A stretch of DNA of 64,000 nucleotides, taken from NCBI GenBank assembly GCA_050251875.1, contig JBFWMA010000002.1, forward strand, positions 1 through 64,000. The letters are read 5' to 3'. This DNA is from Deferribacterales bacterium. GTDB lineage: Bacteria > Chrysiogenota > Deferribacteres > Deferribacterales > Geovibrionaceae. Positions 18,090 to 27,700 of the stretch are shown piece by piece (position 1 is the first letter of the stretch; every line of letters starts with the position of its first letter). The notes under the pieces are model-generated. The model was given only the letters and a program-made list of their open reading frames with translations, was not told the origin of the DNA and did not search any database. Position numbers and translations under genes: made by a program.

Positions 18090-19736
18090 TTAAAGTATTT
18101 TAACTGCAATTTCCACCACAGTACCGTTTTCTGAACTGATATCACATGTCCCGCCGAGCTTTTTTGCCCTTTTCTGCATGTTATTAATACCATAACCTTT
18201 CTGTTTTGAGAAGTCTATACCTATCCCGTTATCCGAAACCGTTATCCTGAGGCTGTCCCCTGAGAAAACGACCGTGATTTCGGCAACAGTGGCATCGGAA
18301 TGTTTAACAACATTCGTCACAGCCTCTTTGAAAAGCCTGAACATATTGACATATCTGTCAAAATTTACTTCGTTGTCAAAAGGACTGCCCACCACCAAAA
18401 ACTTCTTTTGTATCCCCTTCGCTTCCAGAACAGTGGAGCTGAACTCACGCATATCAGAAACCAGCGAAGCCCAGCTTATGTCGTCTTTATCGAGCAGATT
18501 CAGCATGGAGCGCAGCTCATGGCTCCCGTTCTCCAGAAGCCTGACTATTCTCTCCAGCTTTATATTCTTTTCGTCCATATCGTCTTCGTCATGAGCTGAC
18601 TGAGACAACATAGCCGCTGTCGCCATCACGCCGCCTATGCCGTCGTGCATGTCTCCCAGCAGAGATTCTTTATATGTGACAATCTCTCTGGCATGAGCAG
18701 CGTTGATGAGGGCGTATTGATCGGTTACATCGGTGAACACCAGCACATATCCGCTGATTTTATGCTGAACCTCTTTTTTCAGAACGCTGAAAATTCTTTT
18801 TTCATTATTCTCCACTGCAACGGTTATCGATGCCGGTTTTTCAACTGTAATACTCTCCCAGCAGATATTTAATCTGCCGAAGACGTCTCTGATATCCGAC
18901 TGAAAATCTTTATCAGTCACCCGGAACAGGTTCTTCGCCTGCGTGTTGCAGTCTATAAGTTTTTCCTCTTCATCCACAATCATAACTGCCAGCTGGATAA
19001 TGTCGAAAACCGATTCCTTAACATAAGGAACCGAGATAAATATACTTTTCTGATATACGACAGAAGTATATCCTATAGATAACATTATAAAAACAAACGC
19101 TGTAGGGTTGTAATATCCAAAATCTTTTAAATGAAATTTATAAACCACAAGAAAGATCAGGCAGAGAATTATGGAAACCGCAAATATACCGCACTGCTCC
19201 CTGTATGATTTTTTACTGCTTTTCATGCCGCTGATCAGGATATAAATGCCATAGAGATAGGGCAGATTCTGAAAGATGATATAGTTTACCTTCATCCATA
19301 TTCCCGGCTCCAGACGTGTCAGAACATAGCCGTCACTGGTGACGGCTGTCTCATATATGTCCCAGACCATGGTTGATCCGCTGAATAATATTTGCAGAAT
19401 AATCTGATAAATACCAAATACAAAAAGCAGTATGGATATCCATTTCGGCGGCATTTTCCTTTTCACCAGCAGATGGATAGCGCATATCATAAAAAAGGGG
19501 ACAACCTGAAGGAACACATGTCTGTATTTAGCCATTTCGTGCGAGATGGTGACATCGGCTACAGTGAGCTCAATAAAATAATACAGAGACCACAAAAAGC
19601 CGATTATAAACACCGCTCCGAAATAATAAAACGCCTTGTCCTTTATCTTTACAAAAGTGTATATGCCAAGTGCCAGCGCATATACCGCTGTCAGTAAATT
19701 GATAATGGCAAATGGAGGAAGCTGGAACTGATACAT
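18090..19736 (-). CDS. HisKA_7TM-PAS sensor histidine kinase (paralog A)
   Basis: Multi-TM N-terminus, DMHDGIG H-box, EAVTNVVKHS, DNGIG, GYGINNM. Confidence 0.88.
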   Translation of the reverse strand: MYQFQLPPFAIINLLTAVYALALGIYTFVKIKDKAFYYFGAVFIIGFLWSLYYFIELTVADVTISHEMAKYRHVFLQVVPFFMICAIHLLVKRKMPPKWISILLFVFGIYQIILQILFSGSTMVWDIYETAVTSDGYVLTRLEPGIWMKVNYIIFQNLPYLYGIYILISGMKSSKKSYREQCGIFAVSIILCLIFLVVYKFHLKDFGYYNPTAFVFIMLSIGYTSVVYQKSIFISVPYVKESVFDIIQLAVMIVDEEEKLIDCNTQAKNLFRVTDKDFQSDIRDVFGRLNICWESITVEKPASITVAVENNEKRIFSVLKKEVQHKISGYVLVFTDVTDQYALINAAHAREIVTYKESLLGDMHDGIGGVMATAAMLSQSAHDEDDMDEKNIKLERIVRLLENGSHELRSMLNLLDKDDISWASLVSDMREFSSTVLEAKGIQKKFLVVGSPFDNEVNFDRYVNMFRLFKEAVTNVVKHSDATVAEITVVFSGDSLRITVSDNGIGIDFSKQKGYGINNMQKRAKKLGGTCDISSENGTVVEIAVKIL

Positions 19737-19775
19737 TTTATCTCCTATGTGCCTGTTTCTAAGTATTTCAGTTAT

Positions 19776-21425
19776 TTACGATATTTTTATTTTAATATCC
19801 ACAGTAGTACCGTTTTCTGAGCTTATATCACAGGTTCCGCCGAGCTTTATCACCCGGTTCTGCATATTTTTTATACCATACCCTCTGGATTTCGAGGAGT
19901 CTATACCTATGCCGTTGTCAGAAACCGTTATCCGGAGACTGTCGGCGGAGAAGTAGATGCTGATGTCTACTTTAGTCGCCTCAGAATGTTTTACGATATT
20001 GGTTACCGTTTCTTTGAACAGTCTGAATATGCTGATATATCTCTCAAAATTAACGGCGTTTTTGAACGGTTCTCCGACAATATTAAATTTTTTCTTTATT
20101 CCCTTTGCTTCCAGCACAGTGGAGCTGAACTCCCGCATGTCAGACACAAGCGTGTCCCAGCTGATGTTTTTTTTATCGAGCAGATTCAGCATGGAGCGCA
20201 GTTCATAACTTCCATTTTCCAGAAGTCTGACTATCCTGTCCAGCTTATTATCCTTTTCCCCGACATCACTGTCGTCACGGGCAGACTGAGAGAGCAGGGC
20301 GGCTGACGCCACAACGCCTCCGATTCCGTCATGCATATCGCCCAGCAGAGATTCTTTATAAGTAACAATTTCCTGTGCGTGCGCATCCTTCATAGCGTTG
20401 TACTGATGAGTGATATCGGCGAACACGATGATGTATCCGGGAATATTAGACTGTTTGACCTCTTTTTTTAATATGCTGAAAAACCTTTTGTCGGTATCAG
20501 ATAAATTAACCGGAACAGTCAGAGGATTGTCAGTAGTGATATCTTCCCATTTCACATTCATATTTTTCAAAACGTCCCTGATATCATTCCGTATCTGCTT
20601 ATCATCAATATGAAATGTTGTCTTTGCCTGCAAGTTGAAATCGACAAGTTTCTCATTTTCGTCAAGTATCATGACGGCAACCTGAATAATATCGAAAACG
20701 GATTCTTTAGCATAGGGGATGGTGTCGAGCATGTTGTATTTAGAAATAGAGAACAGATACGCCACACTCAAAAAAACGAATACGGTGGAGCTCGGGTTGT
20801 AGTACCCGAAATCAATCACGTTAAAACCGTATAAGGCGACAAATATTATAGCGAAAATTATGGATATGGAGAGAATGATGAATTGCAGCCGATAAGGTTT
20901 TCTATTCTTTCTTATGGCGTTTACAAGCATAAAGACGCCGTAAAGATATGTCAGGTCATGAAAAAACAAATGGCTCAGCTTTGTAAATATCCCCGGCTTC
21001 ATGTATGTGAGCACATATCCATCTTCGGTTTTGAGCGTTTCATATATTTCCCAGATATACCTGGAATCACCGAATACTATGAAAATGATGATATGCAGGA
21101 TACCGGATACTGCCAGAGTCATATACATCCATTTCGGCGGCATTTTTCTTTTCACCTGCAAATATGTAGCGCATGTAAGCAAAAATGGCAGCATCTGGAT
21201 AGGAACTGGGCGAAATTTCCCAAGCGCATGCGATATTTGAGGGTCAGCAGAGATAAGCTCGATAAAATATACCAAAGGCCACAGCCCCTCTATCAGAAAT
21301 GCGAAACCAAAATAGAAGAAAGTCCTGTCCTTCGCCGATATGAAGGTATAGAAACTCAGTAAAAGTGTTAGCAGAGCACTGCATAAAATGATTATCGCAA
21401 AAGGAGGAAACTGTAACTGAGGCAT
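19776..21425 (-). CDS. HisKA_7TM-PAS sensor histidine kinase (paralog B)
   Basis: Same architecture; kinase half is closely similar to paralog A. Confidence 0.88.
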   Translation of the reverse strand: MPQLQFPPFAIIILCSALLTLLLSFYTFISAKDRTFFYFGFAFLIEGLWPLVYFIELISADPQISHALGKFRPVPIQMLPFLLTCATYLQVKRKMPPKWMYMTLAVSGILHIIIFIVFGDSRYIWEIYETLKTEDGYVLTYMKPGIFTKLSHLFFHDLTYLYGVFMLVNAIRKNRKPYRLQFIILSISIIFAIIFVALYGFNVIDFGYYNPSSTVFVFLSVAYLFSISKYNMLDTIPYAKESVFDIIQVAVMILDENEKLVDFNLQAKTTFHIDDKQIRNDIRDVLKNMNVKWEDITTDNPLTVPVNLSDTDKRFFSILKKEVKQSNIPGYIIVFADITHQYNAMKDAHAQEIVTYKESLLGDMHDGIGGVVASAALLSQSARDDSDVGEKDNKLDRIVRLLENGSYELRSMLNLLDKKNISWDTLVSDMREFSSTVLEAKGIKKKFNIVGEPFKNAVNFERYISIFRLFKETVTNIVKHSEATKVDISIYFSADSLRITVSDNGIGIDSSKSRGYGIKNMQNRVIKLGGTCDISSENGTTVDIKIKIS

Positions 21426-21758
21426 ATCTTCACCTGCTTATTTTTAAGCATAATACCACAGATTATTCCGGTCAATAATCACAAATTTTCTGTATGAAAA
21501 AAATTTTCTCCTAATCTATAGTAACTTATAGGTTTTTAGGCATTTTTTGTTTTTAATGTGATTTTTACCTTTAATAATTTTTATAATTTGATATAGTTTT
21601 TTAAATTTAGCTAATTTAGTTTCTTTTCAGGCTTACACCACGGGAATACCAAACCCGAAAATATTTTTCCTATCCTTTCATGGATAAACCAGGACGCGAA
21701 GCGGCTCGCTTTTGTACGTTTATTGTCTGCGTGCGTTCTTGGCCATAAGAGGTATAAG

Positions 21759-24700
21759 ATGAAAAATATTATAGCCCACGTCAAAAATGTCACCGGAACA
21801 TACTATGCGATCTCAGCGGACGGAACGAAAAGACTCCTTGCCGCAGGCGACCCCATCTATGAAGGCGATGCTGTTTATTCCAGAAACGGCAATTCTTCTG
21901 AAACAGACTTCATTCAGCTCAGCTATACCAACGGCGAACAGGTAACACTGACCGATTCATCATATTTTCTGGTTGATTCAAATGTTGCCGGCTCAGACAA
22001 CACCTCAGTTCAAAGGAATTATCCTGAACATACTGATGAGAAGCGTGAGGTTCTCAGAGGACACGCAGAAGACACACACGATGACGAACCGGCTCAGCTG
22101 AGACCTAACTTCGGCGCTCCGGCAGAGCATGTCGATGCTAAAGTAATCACATATGACACTATTCCGGATGATCTGCCGGAAGAGCAGTACGACACTGCAC
22201 CCCCTCTGTCTGAAGGCTATGCGCCCGGCGACAACCCGGCTTCCACTCCCCCGGCGCCGGATATTTACGCCCCTATAATCAGCGGTTTAGAAAATCAGGT
22301 TTATACTGAAAACTCTGACCCGGTCGTTCTGAACAGTCATATAACCCTGACAGACGCCGATGGTTCAACAATCGCCGGAACTGTGGTAGAGATAGCCGAT
22401 TTCGTCAGCGGAGATATACTTTCCTACACCCCCATGTATGGGATAACAGGCAGTTATGACCCGTCCACAGGCATGCTGACCCTGACAGGAAACGCCACAG
22501 CGGAGCAGTATCAGGCTGTGCTGGAAACCATCTCATATTCATCCACATCAGACGATCCTACGGTAAACGATACCGAACCCACCAGAGACATAGTCTGGAC
22601 CATTACCGACACAGCGAACAACTCATCCACATACAGCACAATGATAGCAATCACTGCGTTGACAGATCACCCTGTCATTGACGCTGAAACAACCATAGCG
22701 CTTAACTCCGGAGAAACAGAAGTGACTGTCTCCGGATCGCTGACGCTAACCGATGTTGACGACACTGAAATAACAGGTGCCACAGTAGAGATATCATCAG
22801 GATTCGCCTTAGGCGACAGACTGAATTTCTCAGACCAGAACGGCATCACAGGTTTATACAACAGCGCAACAGGTGTTCTGACGCTCTCCGGCACAGCCAC
22901 CGTGGAGGAATATGAAGCGGCGCTGCGATCCGTTCAATATGAAAACCTCTCCGGAATGGGCGGAGTAAACAGAGTGGTTACATGGACTGTGTACGATGCC
23001 GACAGCGACCTTGCCGGAACGGGAGTCGGTACCTCCGTATCCGTCATCACTCCCAACGCTCTCTCAATACCCGACAACGTGTCAGCCTCAGGCGACAAGG
23101 ACGATGCCAACATCCCGATAACTCTGACAGCTCAGGACACAGACAGCGAAATAGCGGCGTTCAAACTCACCAGCCTGCCCACGAACGGCACGCTCTATCT
23201 GGATGCGGCTATGACTCAGGCTGTTCAGGTAAACACTGAATATGCCGCCACTAACGAAACACTTACCCTTTATTTCAAACCCGACTATACCGCGGCGCCG
23301 GGCTCAGGAGTTACCAACCCCTATGGCGCTGATAAATACACATCCGGCAGTGTCTCTTTCACCTATCTGTCCATAGACGATGAAAACGGAACCGAATACT
23401 CCGCAACAGCGGGCACAGCCACAATAACAGTGGATGATGTCCCCTATGCTCACACAGCGGCGGATGTCACCATCACAGAAAAGGACTATGACGCTGTGGC
23501 AGACGTAACGGTTAACGGAAACCTGAAAACAGACGGCGGAGCGGGAAACTATTCCGCAGGATATGACTATATCCCGTCAAACGGCGCAACCGTTCATCAG
23601 GTTCAGTATTATGATGTTAACGGAAATCTCCAGACAGCCGCCATGACAGGTTCTTCCGTCACAGTGTCCACACAGTACGGCGAACTCACCGTTCAAAACA
23701 CAGGGGCATATACCTATACCCTCAGTTCCAATATAGACCACTCGGCGTCTGAAACTGTTTCAGAAGTATTTTACTATAATCTGATAGACGGTGACGGAGA
23801 CATATCAAACACCGCCAGCCAGACCATAAAAATAACAGACGGAACAGATCCGTCCGTAGTCAGCATCAGCGATCAGGCTGTTTATGAGAAATATCTGCCG
23901 TCAGGAACAGAGCCGGATCCGGCTCAGACAACAGTCTCCGGCACCATAAACGTTGCGGACGGGAGCGACAGCACCGACATTACATTCAGCCCGTCCAACA
24001 TAGCGTATCTTAATTCTCTCGGGCTTCAGTCCGGTGGAGCGGGGCTGACTTATTCCATATCGGCGGACGGTCACACCCTGACCGCATATAAAGCGGGTAC
24101 TTCGGATACGGTCTTTTCAGTGACAATAACCAACCCGGACGCAGAGGCGGCGGGATATGATTTTACTCTGGAAAAATCTCTGGACACCAGCGATGACGTC
24201 CCTCTGAGCCTCTCCGTAACAGTCACCGACTCGGACGGCGACCACGATTCAGACGGATTTACCGTGACAGTTTATAATAACACCGTCCCCACAGACCAGA
24301 CACTCTCAGTGAATGAGGACAGCTCCGCCAGCATCAACACGGTGTCCGACATGATCTCTGTTTCGCTGAACGACCCGGCGCACGGAAGCGTTTCATACAG
24401 CGACGGCAAGATAACCTACACCCCCGATGCGGATTACAGCGGGACAGACACTTTTACATACACCACCGTGACAGAGCTTGGCTCATTCAGCACCACGGTA
24501 ACAGTAACCGTAGACCCTGTGGCAGACGCCCCCACATGGAGCGGAACCACCAGCTACAGCACAGACGAAGACACGCAGGTGTCCCTGACAGGGCTCGTGC
24601 TCCCCGTGATAACAGACACGGACACTCCCCATACGGAAAAACTGGGATACATCACTATAACCGATCTGGAAAGCGGAACAAAGATATTGGACAGTCACGG

Positions 24701-27700
24701 CACAGTCCTTTTTACCTCAGACGGATCAAACACCATGAAGATAGTTCTCGTTGACGGCGGAGGTGCCGTTGACACAGCCTATCACTACACAGGTCTCAGC
24801 ACCACAGGCGCAAACGTAGCTGCTATGACTATAGCGGAATATCAGTCAATGCAGATACTCCCGGCGCACGACACCGGCACGGACATAGACATGACCGTTT
24901 CCGCCGTCAGCTATGAGGTGGACGGCTCAGGCGCACCCATCGGCACAGTAACCGGAGCGGAAAGCAGTACCACCGTTCATGTTGAGGTCAATGCCGTCAC
25001 CGACACGGTTGATATATCTCTCACAGGAGCAAGCACCGTTGCCATCCCCGCCACAGAAGACGGCTGGATAAACATCGGTCAGTATTTTACCTTTACCACA
25101 GGCGACAATACGGACGGGTCAGAAGCTCAGACAATAACAATATCAGGGCTTCCCGCCGACTTTTTCTACAGCACGACAGGCACAGGCGCAGGAACTCTGG
25201 TGGGCAGTGATAACTCCATCACGGTCACCATCCCCGCAGGGGGCGCCACCAGTGCCAGTATATACATTAAAACACCGACAAACAGCGATGCTGACTATTC
25301 GTCTCTGGTTCTCACCGCCACTGTCGCTTCCAAAGACAGCGACAGCGACTCCACAGTGACAACAGACACAGAAACAGACAGCGTAAACCTCACCGCCGAC
25401 ATCACAGTAACAGGCGTGGCGGACGCTGTGACAATAACAGCCGCAGCAGTGAACGGTCCTGAGGATACAAAAATACCTTTCACAGTATCCGCAGACCTCA
25501 CAGACACAGACGGATCAGAATCGATATCCACCGTGGTTATCTCAAACATACCCGCAGGGGCTAAGGTATATGACTCACTGGGAAACGAGCTTACCGTTTC
25601 CGGCGGTTCCGTGACCGTTACCGCTTATGATTCCGATGCCTCGTCCAGCTATGCGGGCACTTTTTCCATTCTGCCTCCGCAGGACTATAACGGCTCAATC
25701 ACCCTCACCGTCTCCGTGACAACACTGGAGACAGGCGGAGATACTCTGACAACAGACAAGACACTGACAATAGACGTTAAAGGCGTTGTGGATACAACCC
25801 TCGGCGATAACGACACCATTGATGCGGGCAGACTGTATGTCGAACTCGACAATACCCTTACCACAGGAGCTGCTACAACATTCAGCACAGACGAAGACAC
25901 CAGAGTTGACCTTGGCATAGTGCTTAAAAGCTATGAAAATGTTACAAACGGCTCCGCCGACAATTCCGAAGTTATCACAGTGGTAATTCAGAATACCGCT
26001 ACCGGAGACGGCTCCGGCTTCACCATTGTGGACAGCGCCGGAAACCAGATAGGCACCAGAGTCTATAACGGATGGCTCCTGACTGAGGCACAGGCAGAGA
26101 GCGCTCATTTTCTCCCCGGAGAAGATTTCGGCGGAACCCTTAATCTGGCGATGATAACCACTGTGAAAGATATGGACGGAAGCACTGTGGATGACGTTAA
26201 TACACAGACAGACCTTTTCACCGTCAACGTAACTCCAGTGGCGGACGTGCCGGATATTATCGTGAGAGACGTTTTCACCAGCGAAGATCATGCGGTCAGT
26301 CTGGATATCAGACCCCAGATCAACGACATTGACGGCAGTGAAGACGTTATCTCCGTAAAGGTGGACAATATCCCCCCCGGCGCGGTAATAAAACTTTCAG
26401 ACGGAACAACGGTATTTATAAATGATACAGCATCAGACGCCAGCTACACTTTCACAGTGGGCGGATCGACAGAAACAGGACACAGCGCTTCCGGCAGCAC
26501 CGGAGGCACTATAACGCTGGCTGATCTGTCTGATCTGACGTTCACTCCTCCGCCTCATTTCAACGGGTCTATTGATCTGCTGGTTACGCCTTTGGTACAG
26601 GAGAACACCAACTCCAGCCAGGCAAGCAACCCGGTAACCGTAACGGTCTATTCTCAGGGTGTGGCTGATACCCCGTACATCACAATACATGACTCCGCCG
26701 ATAACATCATAGCGCTTAACGGCTCTGATATGAGCGATGGCGGCACATATAACTTTTTAGGCACGGATACCCAGCCGGCCATACGCATAACAGGCGATGA
26801 AAGAACAGCCTCGAACGGTCTCACAGGCATACCGTTCGGCATATCTGCGGAAAGCAGCGAACATATAGTCAGCATAACCACCTCAGACAGTCCCGCCTAT
26901 TCGTCAGTGGCGGACGGGTCTGATGATTCTGAAACCATCTCATACATCATGAACAACGTGCCGGATGATATCAGGCTCGTGGATTCATCAGGCAATCTGG
27001 TGGGTACATACATGGGAGCGGGCGACACCGCAGGGACAAAGCAGTGGGCTCTCACCGAAACAGAGATTCAGGGTCTTCTGTTTCAGGCGCCGGAGAAATA
27101 TTCAGGCGTTTTTGAAATGACGCTGACGACAATCGTCACAGAAAACGATGGAGACAAGACCAGCGTAGACACTGTATTTACTCTGGATATAAAACCGGAG
27201 ATAACAACCACGGAATCCCAGGTGATCCTTGATTCCACAGGCAGTGAGGACGGGCTGATAGTCCTGAACTTCGGTAACTCTGACGACCAGTCAGAGGAGA
27301 TCAGCTACATCAAAATAGCCGCCACAGGCAGTATACCGGACGGCTTTACCCTGATGGTCTATAACGGCTCCGCATGGGTTGCCGCCTCTGACGCCAATCA
27401 CGATGGATATTACGATATCTCAGTGGCGCAGTATCTCAGCGGATATGCCGCTCTTCAGGTGAATTCAGGCGGAGTATGGGCAAACAAAGACACAACATAC
27501 GGCTCGCCCGCCATACCCGAGATAACCGGAATCATAATAGGAATCAACGACCTTACTGACGGCGGATCTACCGAGACAGACGCGGAAGTCACAGGCAATA
27601 TGGGCATTTTCATAGATGCCGTTGCCGATGCGCCTACACTGGGAAACAGCGCAGGCTCAGCCAACGGCACATGTTTCAGCACTTTCGACATGAATCTTGC

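Noticed and set aside
21611..21793. 60-aa minus-strand ORF with a hydrophobic N-terminus
   Set aside because: Antisense to the adhesin start and leader, no RBS; hydrophobicity follows from the A-rich sense strand
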